From Wickerhamiella versatilis (taxonomy: Eukaryota), in contig JAQOWU010000008.1 in the NCBI GenBank assembly GCA_030867685.1, positions 1,736,001 through 1,800,000 on the forward strand: a DNA stretch of 64,000 nt. The letters are read 5' to 3'. Position numbers and translations under genes: made by a program. Below the pieces are notes generated by a model. That model was not told where the DNA came from and made no database searches. It saw only the letters and a list, made by a program, of their open reading frames with translations. This document shows, piece by piece, positions 34,486-45,084 of the stretch; positions within the stretch are counted from its first letter, which is position 1; each line of letters starts with the position of its first letter.

Positions 34486-35094
34486 GAATGAATATTCTGT
34501 AGGTAGGTAGGGTTGGGGCGAGGGCCAAAAGTTGACTTCTTACCTGTCAATACGATGGACATATAAGAGCGCAAACGAGAGCGATATTTTCTATTTTGAC
34601 CGTTCTTATACCACTCATAAAATGTTTTTAGAGCTTCCTTATCTTGGAGTTATTTAAGGAGTCAGTATATACCATTCTTCTGGAATACTCGTTAGAAAGT
34701 TGTCATTATTACAGATCATCTAATGTAGGAAGCCTTATGGATAAAAAAATTTGGCAGCACTACCATTCTGCTCAAAATACAGATGGCCATCTTAATCTCT
34801 TTTAAGGATCATGCAGTCAATTGCGTGCAAATCATGTCCTCAGAATTCGATAACGCCCTAATCCAGATAACTTCTGCTCTACTACAGTACCCTGCGTAAA
34901 CAACGCGTAACAAATTCGAAGAAAAGATAAGCTAATCCCCGCAAATTGTTTTGATTGAAACATTCGACTTCTCAAGCTATAAATAGCGTAGATGTGCAAT
35001 TATAAGTAAGTTTGGCTCTAAAACAGGGGTAAATAACAGCGCGACTTACGAAATCTCTTCATAGTCATCTACTTACACACCTAAGAATTTGAAT

Positions 35095-35442
35095 ATGAGC
35101 CAGGAAAGAGGTTTCGGTGACGGATATGGAGGTGGCCCAGGTGGTGGCTACGGCGGTGGTCCTGGCGGTGGCTATGGCGGTGGTCCTGGTGGTGGCTATG
35201 GCGGTGGTCCCGGTGGGGGCTATGGCGGTGGTCCCGGTGGTGGCTATGGCGGCGGCCCTGGTGGTGGCTATGGCGGTGGTCCCGGTGGGGGCTATGGCGG
35301 TGGTCCTGGTGGGGGCTATGGCGGCGGCCCTGGCGGTGGTGGCTACAACCAAGGTGAGCACAAGGATGAAGACGATCACTGCTGCGCGAAGCTCTGCTGT
35401 GGACTTTGTGCCGCGTGTTGCTGCTATGAAATGTGCAAATAG
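35095..35442 (+). CDS. Gly/Tyr/Pro-repeat protein with C-terminal CYSTM-like Cys-rich tail
   Basis: ATG 35095, TATAAA at 34978; nine YGGGP units; tail CCAKLCCGLCAACCCYEMCK. Confidence 0.8.
   Translation: MSQERGFGDGYGGGPGGGYGGGPGGGYGGGPGGGYGGGPGGGYGGGPGGGYGGGPGGGYGGGPGGGYGGGPGGGYGGGPGGGGYNQGEHKDEDDHCCAKLCCGLCAACCCYEMCK
35125..35343 (+). repeat. 24-nt coding minisatellite x9 (GGGYGGGP)
   Basis: Units such as ggtggtggctatggcggtggtcct; differences confined to third codon positions. Confidence 0.95.
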
Positions 35443-35551
35443 AGATTTAACTAGCTAATGTAAACTACAGCAAGAGACTATTTTTATATATTGCTCTCAC
35501 TGGAAGTGTGCCTTTTACTTTGGGAATACCTTATAACTCTACTCCAAGGAT

Positions 35552-35788
35552 TCATGCCGCGACTTCACGCTTGCCTGCGTTTTTTTCAAACCGAAAAACG
35601 GCGTCACCCTCGGCCCATCCTCGGCCTAGGCCAATGCCGGTTCCAAGAAATACAGGCCACGCACGGCGACGGAACAGCAATACAGAGAGGACTACGCCAG
35701 CACCAAAGCCTAGTCCAGTTTTTACGAGACCGTTGGAAACGATCACATCCCACTTATCACTCAAAATCTGATCTGTTCTCGCAGCCAT
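35552..35788 (-). CDS. MIC10: MICOS subunit Mic10
   Basis: [45 protein letters not shown]. Confidence 0.95.
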   Translation of the reverse strand: MAARTDQILSDKWDVIVSNGLVKTGLGFGAGVVLSVLLFRRRAWPVFLGTGIGLGRGWAEGDAVFRFEKNAGKREVAA

Positions 35789-36251
35789 TCCTGGACTAAC
35801 TTGATAGGTCAGGAATTAGAACACAGAGTGTATGAGGTAAGCGCGCAATACCAGGACTGTTCCATCACCAAGCCCCAGGTAAAAGACAAGCTTAGAGCCT
35901 AAATTCAACATGTATTCAAACTAAATTTTCAAATTAATTTCATGTTTCTAGGAATCTGGGTACACAAGCTACACAGGTCACCAAATTCTTGGAATACAGA
36001 AGAAGCTATGGCTTTAATATAATAACTTGACATCTTACACTGAGACTCAGCATAAATACATGCCACCATAATTAGAAACTCTTAGAATCATTCCGATATG
36101 CAGAATTGGTTTTTATAAATCTTATGTCAACGTAGCCTTGCAATTAATAGGACCACAGGTATCATTTGCGCTTATCTCAACTACGCAATCAAAAAAAAAG
36201 AGACTAAATTTGATCATGCAAATATATTTGATATAATGTGTCGTCATGCAT

Positions 36252-37331
36252 CTAGTCTTGCCGTGTCAAGAAAGCTCCCACCGCACCCAGAAATCCTTCA
36301 TGGCGGAAGAAATATGCCGTTTTTTCTCCCTGAGACCAGAATTCTATAGCGTAGGCAAGGGTATGTATAGTTTGAGTATGCCCGCGGATATATGAGCCAG
36401 CAAAATAGATATCACCCACACCCCAATGTCTTGCATGGAGGTACGCTAACTGACCAATGTTGTTAGACACAGCATAGAGAAGACTTCTGCTAATGTCGCC
36501 AGGGTCGAACTCTCTATCTTGATACTTGAAGGCCTTTGCGAACGAGGACGCAATCGCCGACGCCTTAAGCCCAATCTTTCCATAATCACCGCCATAAACA
36601 TCGCCCACTAACAGATCAACGTTAGCATTATCACCATCTTTTGCCATTTCCAGCATTTGATCATAAGTTTTCGCCGGTGTCAGTTGCGCGAGAAGACCCC
36701 AAAGTGTACCTCCGCCTAAACTTGACCCACCAAGACGCTGGAACTTACCAGGGCTGTCAACTTTTACTATGCTCACACCTGATCCTATATTCACGAGCAG
36801 ATAAGGATATCTATCCCTTCGAGGCTCAACGAAGAGGAGCTGGTGTTCTCCGCAGTCATAGGAAAAAACCTCGTTAGGAATTTGGGAGGACAAGAACGTC
36901 GCACCTTGAATGAGACATTGGATTTCTTCTTTTCTCTCAACCGGTGTGTTCTTGCCGAGTAGCTTTTGAAGATCCTCAAAGTATTTGAAAGCCCCCCCAC
37001 CTGTCGCAACAACCCTCGCTTGACCAGGACGTGCTGCAAGATGCGAGACAAGATCAAAGACCTGAGTGAGCTTATCAGTTTCTATAGATTCGAAGTGTAG
37101 CTCTCCGCCTCCCACAGCTGCTTCAGAAAACCATACTATTTTGGCCAGTGATCCACCAATATCCAAGCTGATGTGTTTGACTTCTGTATCGTGATTCGGT
37201 AATGAAATGTCTGGAGACAGATTTCGCTCAGGATTGTCCTCCTCAATAAAAGCCCCCTCTGTGTTAATGGCTATTGCAGCCGGATGCGTGAGCTCATATT
37301 CGGCCAGCCGGGCCCAACCGCCGCGGGGCAT
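36252..37331 (-). CDS. CAB1: Type II pantothenate kinase
   Basis: DIGGSLAK, ATGGGAFKY, YPYLLVNIGSGVS, GGSSLGGGTLWGL, RHEGFLGAVGAF. Confidence 0.95.
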   Translation of the reverse strand: MPRGGWARLAEYELTHPAAIAINTEGAFIEEDNPERNLSPDISLPNHDTEVKHISLDIGGSLAKIVWFSEAAVGGGELHFESIETDKLTQVFDLVSHLAARPGQARVVATGGGAFKYFEDLQKLLGKNTPVERKEEIQCLIQGATFLSSQIPNEVFSYDCGEHQLLFVEPRRDRYPYLLVNIGSGVSIVKVDSPGKFQRLGGSSLGGGTLWGLLAQLTPAKTYDQMLEMAKDGDNANVDLLVGDVYGGDYGKIGLKASAIASSFAKAFKYQDREFDPGDISRSLLYAVSNNIGQLAYLHARHWGVGDIYFAGSYIRGHTQTIHTLAYAIEFWSQGEKTAYFFRHEGFLGAVGAFLTRQD

Positions 37332-37999
37332 GAGTCACAATTGACTAATTGAATGACCTGTTTCCAAACGGTACAGCTCCGCCGGCTTGTCTACGTGGCC
37401 TTAGCCAGCCGGGAGGCAGAGTCCTCTGCAAATTAGCCCTAACCTAACCTTTCGTCAATCCTCTAAGTCATTCAAGCTAGAGTAAAAAGAGTCAATTTAA
37501 AAGCAAACTAGGGTCTATTCACGAACGTTCTGGGGTCATGATCCAGATATACATTCTCTACGCAGTGTATTTGCGCATCAATTGAGAATATAACCCTTGC
37601 CCTGTGCCCTAATATGCAACTCGAAACATTGAATATCCTTACCCAAAGTCTTCTGCCGCTAAATTCCGCGAAGGAGAGAATGAAGAGAGGGCGTTTAAAC
37701 TAAATTCTACGTATATATTGAATTAATTGAGTTCATAATTCGTTTTTAATTCCATGTATTCCTGTCTCAACGCCTATCAATCGAGGAACAGCTCAGCAGG
37801 AGATAGCGATTAACTAAGCGACTCGCTGCACTTGAAAAACTCTCAAGTTTGTGTATATAATTATAACGCAAACCTGGTTAGCAAATCCAATTCGTGGAGC
37901 ACCCAATTCAGTTTGGCAGTGTTCTTAATTAATTCCTTCGCTTTTTTGAAAATTGCTCTCAACATTCTGCAGGTCGGTTCAATCGCCAGGGAGGAGCGC

Positions 38000-38911
38000 A
38001 TGTTGTCTCCGCCGCTGAGTCCATTCCCTGAAACATCAACGCGTCGAATTCAAGATACGAAGAGTATTTGGAGTCGCGAAGGCTCTGAAGATCCTGAGGT
38101 ACGTCAAGCCTCTAGTGATGCAGATGACATTGAGTCAATTGATTCTGCAGGTGTTTCTCCTGGAGCAGAAGCACCCACAGCAGCTCCGTTGGCTAAGCGG
38201 TGCTCTATGAAGACATGCTGGGATAGTTTGAAGTCAAATCCGGCACGATATCTTCAACGTGAACGTAGTTTCCTTGACTTGTATCCATTGAGGCGTCATT
38301 CATGGGCACCGAGTCAATCTGAAGATTTACAACCCTTTAATTATCGCAGAGCTGGACGTCAGAGACGCAGTGCTTTGTCAAAGCGATCTACCTTTGATGC
38401 TGATGATTCCCCGGTTGGTTATAGAAGACGTGTCCGATCGGTGGCCACTGATTCGGTGGACGAAACCGATGAGGAGGTAGATTTCACCCCACGTAAAGCT
38501 GCCAAAAAGCGTTCTACCGGGGGGTCGTCACCTGTGAGGGTCCATGATATGAACCTCAGTCAAATTGATGACTTCTCTCCACCAATTTCCACCCTACCCC
38601 CAGGAAAGTCCCTTCGGGCAGAGTGGAAGGGCCATCCTATGGATCTCAGTAATGATCCGGATGCGCAGTTGTTGCATCCTGCTGAGCTTCATCTTGCTAG
38701 TGTGCTCAGATTACCTGTCGATGTATATATCGATTCAAAACGGCGCTTGTTCGCCGAAAAGGTTCATCGTCTTCGTCAAGGACTCCCTTTCCGACGCACG
38801 GATAGCCAAAAGGCATGCCGAATTGATGTTAATAAAGCCTCGCGCCTCTTTGGAGCGTTCGAAAAGGTGGGTTGGCTTGAAGATGAGCTCTTCAAAGAAC
38901 ACCTAAAGTAA
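38000..38911 (+). CDS. SWIRM-domain protein (Fun19/YOR338W-like)
   Basis: Start MLSPPLSP; WKGHPMDLS.DP...LHPAE..LAS.LRLP; FRRTDSQKACRIDVNKASRLF.AFEKVGW. Confidence 0.88.
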   Translation: MLSPPLSPFPETSTRRIQDTKSIWSREGSEDPEVRQASSDADDIESIDSAGVSPGAEAPTAAPLAKRCSMKTCWDSLKSNPARYLQRERSFLDLYPLRRHSWAPSQSEDLQPFNYRRAGRQRRSALSKRSTFDADDSPVGYRRRVRSVATDSVDETDEEVDFTPRKAAKKRSTGGSSPVRVHDMNLSQIDDFSPPISTLPPGKSLRAEWKGHPMDLSNDPDAQLLHPAELHLASVLRLPVDVYIDSKRRLFAEKVHRLRQGLPFRRTDSQKACRIDVNKASRLFGAFEKVGWLEDELFKEHLK

Positions 38912-39131
38912 CTTTTGTTTTACTTCCACACGAAGCTACTCATCTTGTGCTTGTGCGGCGGGATACTTCCCGCTCCATTATTGGAGACAAGGCCGCATAC
39001 AACGATCTTAAAAATCTTGTCCTGTATATTTATCTTAGCTTTAGTCCATTAACGTTGTACACACTCACGTCCTCATATAATATAATTGGTATGGGTTGTC
39101 ATCAAGACGATTGTCACTTGCTAGAATAAGC

Positions 39132-39464
39132 ATGCCTCAGTGGGCAATTCTCCGTGCGCCCCCTGAGAAGCTCCGTCAGTACGTCTTTCCAGAGCCCAAA
39201 CCGAAGGCCAAGCGGCGTCCTGCCAAGCCTCGTGTTAAGAAGGAGACGAATGGGGAGAAGGATGACCCCCTGTTAGGAACGTTACCCCGTGCACCAAAAG
39301 CAGCCCCTCCGACCCAAACGGGGCTAGATCGCAGTAAAGTGCCATGCCGTAAGTGGACAAAGCAGCCAGTAGCATTGAAGTCGGTCACGGGCTTTGAGTT
39401 TGATGTTATGGAATATGTTAGCCAGTCCAAGGAGGTGAAGGAGGAACCAGCAGCCGCATCATAA
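39132..39464 (+). CDS. INO80 complex subunit Ies4-like
   Basis: GLDRSKVPCRKWTK..VALKSVTG resembles the fungal Ies4 C-terminal motif. Confidence 0.65.
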   Translation: MPQWAILRAPPEKLRQYVFPEPKPKAKRRPAKPRVKKETNGEKDDPLLGTLPRAPKAAPPTQTGLDRSKVPCRKWTKQPVALKSVTGFEFDVMEYVSQSKEVKEEPAAAS

Positions 39465-39644
39465 CTGGCATGAAATGATATGCATTTCTTGGGCAATTCA
39501 ATTGTGTTGTATTGCCACTTAATATGAAATAAAATTTGAAAGCAGAATTATTCACAGTTTGTCAATTTTTTTTATCTGACCACATAGCGATACTATTACC
39601 CTAGTTTTATGCGAACATGCTTCGATAGACAGCGCCGGCGCCGA

Positions 39645-40172
39645 CTACAGCTCCTCCGGCTGGCAACGCTGTTGCAGCAGTTTTTTGTACTCCTCTGGGT
39701 GATCCCAAAGAGCTGCTGCCTGCGCATTCAGCGGGCTTGAATTATTTGGTTCACCCAGCAGGCTTTGCAGGGATAGGAGGACTGTTTGTACATTATAAAC
39801 AGCAGACCACTGGTCTTTCAGAATGTCCAGGCAGATATTACCCGCCATATCCACGTTCGGATGCCACATTGGGCTCACAAACTTAATTTTTGGTGCAAAG
39901 TATGGATAGGTCTGAGGAAATTCAATCGAGACCCGGAATTTCATACCCTCATAGTAGGTCCCATCAGGTCCCTCTATAGTTCCTGCCCAAACCAGCAGGT
40001 TTGCATCGTTTTCCGGGAATGCACTCACCCCAGCCGGCGCATTTATCATTAGTTGCATCAGCTCGCTCTGTAAACGTTTCGTAACACTATGTCCATCTGG
40101 AATTACACCAACGGTGCTAGAAATCTTACTGGAAGCCGAGCTGGGTGCCACCGCGTTCTGCGCCGAGGTCAT
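39645..40172 (-). CDS. UBC11: Ubiquitin-conjugating enzyme, UBE2C/Ubc11 type
   Basis: [47 protein letters not shown]. Confidence 0.93.
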   Translation of the reverse strand: MTSAQNAVAPSSASSKISSTVGVIPDGHSVTKRLQSELMQLMINAPAGVSAFPENDANLLVWAGTIEGPDGTYYEGMKFRVSIEFPQTYPYFAPKIKFVSPMWHPNVDMAGNICLDILKDQWSAVYNVQTVLLSLQSLLGEPNNSSPLNAQAAALWDHPEEYKKLLQQRCQPEEL

Positions 40173-40734
40173 GCTAAAGGAGTCTGCGCGAGTATGTAAG
40201 CGGTTTATTTACTTCCTCACTTATCTAGTATGCGTATTATAATTGCATTATGTAACCAAATTGAATTCGTTGTGGTCGTCCTGGATTGAAGCTGATGTAT
40301 TCCCAGGTGGCTCGCCAGGCCTTGTTGTGCATGCATAAACATCAAAGTACGTATAAATACTATGTCTCAACGGTATAAAGTATATTATTATGTGTTTAAA
40401 TAATTCGGGGAAAATACTCGAATTCCCAAGAATAAGGGTGAGAACAAGCCTAAACTCAATGGGAAATAGCCATTGCACCACAGAGTGACGCGGGAACTCG
40501 ACTCGTTTTTCAATGAAGCTCTAGCGAATAGTCAGGAAGCCGAAAGGTCTATCTAAGTAACAATAGTATCGTCATATTCCAAAGTATCAAGGGGCCTGCC
40601 TTTACTTGTTTCACCCTTTCCAAAATCGTCCCAAGAGAGCAAGCCATAATCAAATTATGTGTAGAGCCTTGAGAAGCTAAACTGAGTGACTTTGGCAGGA
40701 CTGGAAAAAAAAAGAGAGAGAATGAATGGAAGAT

Positions 40735-41844
40735 TTATGATACTTTTAACCGCTTGGCCCAACGGAGTCCACAGCGGTTGCAAAGTGTCTTGGGGCCCAG
40801 AGGGCCTTTTCTCCACTCTGGGCTTTTGGTGGTACCGCAGTCCAGGCATTTATTCTCGTGAACGGGTTGCGACGCGGCGACCGCTTCCTCCAGTTTACGC
40901 GGCCTCATAGGTATCACGGAGGCTTGCGACTGACGAAGCTTCCAGTAAGGGTCAATATCATCAGGATCCTGTACCCGGCGTGCCTGTTCCAATATGGAAG
41001 ATGGGCGTCTTTGTGTACCGTTTTCTTCACCATCGTAGTTGACATGGGGAACTAATGAATAAAAATAGTCTACCTCTGCCGTGCTCATGGTCGGTATAAA
41101 ATCTCCAAGTGGAGAAGTTGACCTTGAGTTGGTATTTTCTGTTCGTTTTCTTGCCTCCATCTGCTGCAACGGCTTGGCCGCGGAGGTTGAAGTTGGAGAT
41201 TGTAAGTCGAGTCCTTCGCTGGCATTGCCATCATCCTTGAGTATGTTAAAAACAGTGGAAAGCGATGGTTTGAGATCTCTGTGTCCTCTCACAAAGTTCG
41301 TAAGCCCTGAATTATATCTTATCGTGGATAACTGTGCCTGTTCATATGAAAGGTCATCCAAGTCAGACCCTGCAGGCGTCAGCAAGGCAATCACCGCATG
41401 AAACTCAAAGTCATTTCCAAGTGCAAGTGAATAACTATCTAAATTGACCTTGTAACGTTGTCCATTCACCCGGGTCACCTCCGTAATTCGATCATACAAA
41501 TCCTGCTCGAGATCCGGCAATCCACTCCCTGGCATTCTTGCCGCAAATATCGTCCTTTTCAGCTCGGCCCATACAAATTTTGCAAAGCTTTGAGAATTTA
41601 TGAGCTTTTGTTCCAGAGCAACAGCAATATCATTCTCATTACGGACTCTGTTCAGAAGAAGCATATTTTCCTGGCTTGACAACCAAGTAGCTGCGTGATT
41701 CAAATCAACAACGATGCCAATTTGCTCTGGGCTCAGTACTTTTTTCATTGTTCCAATTAGGGAATCCCCATAGTTCGAAGTCGGTTCTACGCGATTGACA
41801 TGCGGACCGGGATGCTCTTGCACGGACGGGACATGGTATTGCAT
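40735..41844 (-). CDS. GATA zinc-finger protein with a C-terminal CX2CX18CX2C finger (WC-2-like finger)
   Basis: [32 protein letters not shown]. Confidence 0.8.
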   Translation of the reverse strand: MQYHVPSVQEHPGPHVNRVEPTSNYGDSLIGTMKKVLSPEQIGIVVDLNHAATWLSSQENMLLLNRVRNENDIAVALEQKLINSQSFAKFVWAELKRTIFAARMPGSGLPDLEQDLYDRITEVTRVNGQRYKVNLDSYSLALGNDFEFHAVIALLTPAGSDLDDLSYEQAQLSTIRYNSGLTNFVRGHRDLKPSLSTVFNILKDDGNASEGLDLQSPTSTSAAKPLQQMEARKRTENTNSRSTSPLGDFIPTMSTAEVDYFYSLVPHVNYDGEENGTQRRPSSILEQARRVQDPDDIDPYWKLRQSQASVIPMRPRKLEEAVAASQPVHENKCLDCGTTKSPEWRKGPLGPKTLCNRCGLRWAKRLKVS

Positions 41845-42748
41845 TTATACAGTCACAATCGATTAACTGCGAGGGCTCCCTTCCACTTTTCGAGATCGGC
41901 TCCAAATGGAAGTGAACAAATTTTATGTCTTAGCACAACCGAAGCAAATCGTTGACGGTTGCTTATGTCAGTCTAAACCCAGCCCTGGTCTAGATTTCCG
42001 CGGAGTTGAACATTAACCGAAGCTACACCACAGAGTATTTAATTAGAAATTTAGTGTGTCTATCTTTATTCTGTGTCACATAAAGAAATATTTTGAGCGT
42101 GGGCTAGGAATAAACCAAGCCCAACTACCTTAATTTCCGGAATGGCTATTATGAAAACATTGATACAAATTGATTCCTTAAATTTCACAAAAGAAATACA
42201 TCTTGGCCGTTTAATTCCACATTTTCTCAACCTTGAAAAGGAGCCGTTAGACAGACACCTAGCTTTAATGCGTGACGTAGGGATAAGGTTAGGTTTTAAA
42301 TTGCTGCTCCATCAAGGTTCTAGATTTAACATTAGCACACTTTAATAATCCTCCAAATTGAATATCCAAGACAGAATAGTAATAAACAATTACCTCTGTG
42401 AACGAGTGAATGTCCTAGGTAAGCTTATTCAAAACTACATACCTTACCTACACAGCTTAACAAAAATAGAACCCGTAAAGAATCCTTTCGCCCCCATGTA
42501 CACGACACACATCGCCAAGAGAAGCCATCGTGTGGCCAAGAGTGTGTAAATTGAATGCTATATATCCAATCGTTACCCATCATCGTAGCAGTTTGCCTTC
42601 TTACCTACATATCCACTTTCTGGTAGTGGCCTCGAGGGTTCAACAAACAAACGAAGCACCCAATGGGTAGAGGTACATTTATCACCAAATCCCCAACATC
42701 TATAATTCTGCATATATAATTCCAATTGATATCGCAGGGGTGTTAGAT

Positions 42749-43843
42749 TCATTGAGCATTGGGAACTATTACATTCTTTCCCGGTGCAGTCAGGGCTTCC
42801 TGGAAGGTGGTAAATATTTCACTATCCGATGCATCAAGTTCCAGAGGGTGGGTACTGATTGCTGTATCTTGAATTTCTGAATTACGATACATGCCGGCCA
42901 ATTCCTTGATCATGCGCTCCCTCGCTTCAGTCCTTCCCTCGTTCCAGCGTGTCATCCAAAATCCGTGAGAGGAAATGTCCTTAAATATGTAAAGAGAGGT
43001 TGGAAGTGCAACTGGCTGCTTGGACATTCCGCCGTAAGTCACAAGTTTTCCACCCTGACCGAGTTGGCGGGCAACATTTGTCGCTGATTTCCCACCGACA
43101 CAATTAAGTCCGAGCTTGATTGGTTGCCCGTGTGTCCAATCTTTGATAATATGCTTGATGCTTCTGTCACTGATCTGCTCCTCAGTTACAACCTTGTCCG
43201 CACCCAGTTCGGTAAGCTCTTGCTTGAGACCATCAATATCCCGGCGATCGCGTACAACACTAATTGATTTATAGCCCCAAACCTTTCCAAGTTGAATTGC
43301 CATGCGCCCCACGCCTGAATTTCCACCATTTTGAATGAACCAGTCATTAGGCTCGAGGCTCGCAAAGTCTGAGAGCATACGATATGCAGTGCAGGGGTTT
43401 ATACTCAAGGTGGCTGCCTGCACCGGAGTTATTCCATGTGGCTTTCCCAATACCATAAGGTCATTGATATCGGCTAACTTATGAGTTGCCCATGTCCCGA
43501 ACGCCGATACCCGCGGAAGAACCCAGTCTCCGACGGAAACTCCCTGAGCCTCAGGACCAACCTCAATGACTTCAAAACAGCCTTCGTTTCCTGCCACTGC
43601 CACTGCATCTGAAGTTCCCAGATCCTTAGTGAATACTGGTTTGCTTGGATAAACACCTTCTATCTGATTGATGTCGGAAGGGTTGACTGGACATGCAACT
43701 AGCCTTAAGACCACATTGCTACCGCTGGCTTCTGGTATGGTGTGTTTGATAATACTTAGCGCCTCTGCTGGAGGACCATAATTTGAAAAGACCACGGCCC
43801 TGGCTGTGTGTGCAAGCCTCACACCCAATCGCATCGTTGCCAT
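42749..43843 (-). CDS. ETR1: Mitochondrial 2-enoyl thioester (enoyl-ACP) reductase
   Basis: PVNPSDINQIEGVYP, GNEG, INPCTAYRML, IQNGGNSGVG, LNCVGG, TYGGMS; probable start MATMRL at 43843. Confidence 0.92.
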   Translation of the reverse strand: MATMRLGVRLAHTARAVVFSNYGPPAEALSIIKHTIPEASGSNVVLRLVACPVNPSDINQIEGVYPSKPVFTKDLGTSDAVAVAGNEGCFEVIEVGPEAQGVSVGDWVLPRVSAFGTWATHKLADINDLMVLGKPHGITPVQAATLSINPCTAYRMLSDFASLEPNDWFIQNGGNSGVGRMAIQLGKVWGYKSISVVRDRRDIDGLKQELTELGADKVVTEEQISDRSIKHIIKDWTHGQPIKLGLNCVGGKSATNVARQLGQGGKLVTYGGMSKQPVALPTSLYIFKDISSHGFWMTRWNEGRTEARERMIKELAGMYRNSEIQDTAISTHPLELDASDSEIFTTFQEALTAPGKNVIVPNAQ

Positions 43844-44287
43844 CTTGCTTAGTAGCCAATAGTAGTTAAGCGGGGAACTCAACCGACCAACTAAGGGGCA
43901 TATACATATTCTTGCTATATTGAAATTTGATTTTTCTTTTCTTTCGTTTTTCTGAAAATAAGAAAAATATGCATATACTTCATGAACCATGTCGACAAAT
44001 TTCTCAAAATAAAATGCAGTGCTTTTGACTCCGTTTGCACTACTCTTTTAATTATATAGACTAACATTTTTTATGCCTGCGTCTATGTTAGTATCACATA
44101 TGCCACTTTCTTTGCCAATAGATCAAAATGCTAGCTTGTGCCAGGTGTACCAGCCACTTTGGTCACCAGCTTACTATTAAATGATAAAAGGGCACATATT
44201 ACTTTGTAAGAATAATCAAGGGGCCTCTCAATTAGCAGTAGAATCAATTAAACTGCGCTAGCTTATCATTTAGTTAGAAAGTTAAAT

Positions 44288-44884
44288 TTACGGGTTTATT
44301 AAACCGCCCTTGGAACGCCCATAAATTGCAGAGAACTCACTATACATCTCATATAGGGGCTTGATACGTTTTAACAATTTCGGATCATTTAGTTCCTTGA
44401 TCCGCTTCTTCAGGTCGGTGCTGTGGAAGTATTTGTTCTGCGAGTTGTAAAGGGGTCTATGAGGGTCCAGCTGCCCATTAGGCTCCGGTACACGGAAAAC
44501 GGCTTCTAAGATGTCGATATCATATGGTGTAGCAAATTCATCACGGCTATCTTCATAAGTAAAGAAGTAGGAAAAGTTATCGAAGCCACCCCACGTAATT
44601 CCACTAAGACATAGAGAACAGGGCTCATGTGTGGCAATAAAAATACATTCCTTTGCTGGAGGATGGTCCTTCATATTATAGAAGTCGTTAATGGCCGTGA
44701 TCTCACCATGTAGTAGTGGGTTGGCTGTCTCCGTATTGGTAGAAGCCAACACTAGGGATAGGTCGGACTTTCGCAAGATTGCTGCTCCAAATAACTTGCA
44801 ACCAGACTTTACGCCCTCTAACGTCTTCGGGGCTATGTCCTGCTCAATCACATCGAGCACCCGTTCAATAGTGTTTCCATCCAT
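44288..44884 (-). CDS. Zinc-dependent nucleoside/cytidine-type deaminase family protein
   Basis: FGAAIL, PLLHGE, HEPCSLC (HxE...PCxxC). Confidence 0.85.
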   Translation of the reverse strand: MDGNTIERVLDVIEQDIAPKTLEGVKSGCKLFGAAILRKSDLSLVLASTNTETANPLLHGEITAINDFYNMKDHPPAKECIFIATHEPCSLCLSGITWGGFDNFSYFFTYEDSRDEFATPYDIDILEAVFRVPEPNGQLDPHRPLYNSQNKYFHSTDLKKRIKELNDPKLLKRIKPLYEMYSEFSAIYGRSKGGLINP

Positions 44885-45084
44885 ATCTTAGATTAGGTAA
44901 TATTTCTGTGTATCAGTAACCATGACTTTGTATTACTATCGTACATATTTCTCATCCGGAAACTAAAACAGGCATTACCAGGCTGATCTTCATGACTTTA
45001 AGCTAGCTGCTTGTAGATTAGATCACACTGTCATAATGGGTGAATGGTGATAACATAAGCTTCCAACGACGTTTTTGCCAGCAT

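Noticed and set aside
35065-35458. Alternative-frame ORFs over the 24-nt repeat, or a CRISPR-like array
   Set aside because: Repeats are contiguous without spacers, and variation is synonymous only in the Gly-Tyr-Pro frame.
35505-35525. GCCTTTTAC resembling U5 snRNA loop I
   Set aside because: The flanks do not form the closing stem, and it lies in a short convergent 3' spacer.
44083-44174. Possible 92-nt minus-strand intron (GTAAGC...TACTAAC-A-TAG) between the deaminase and ETR1
   Set aside because: It joins no coding exons; using the GTAAAT at the deaminase stop gives ...PRRHKKC, not a targeting signal. Roughly one such match is expected by chance, so it needs RNA-seq.
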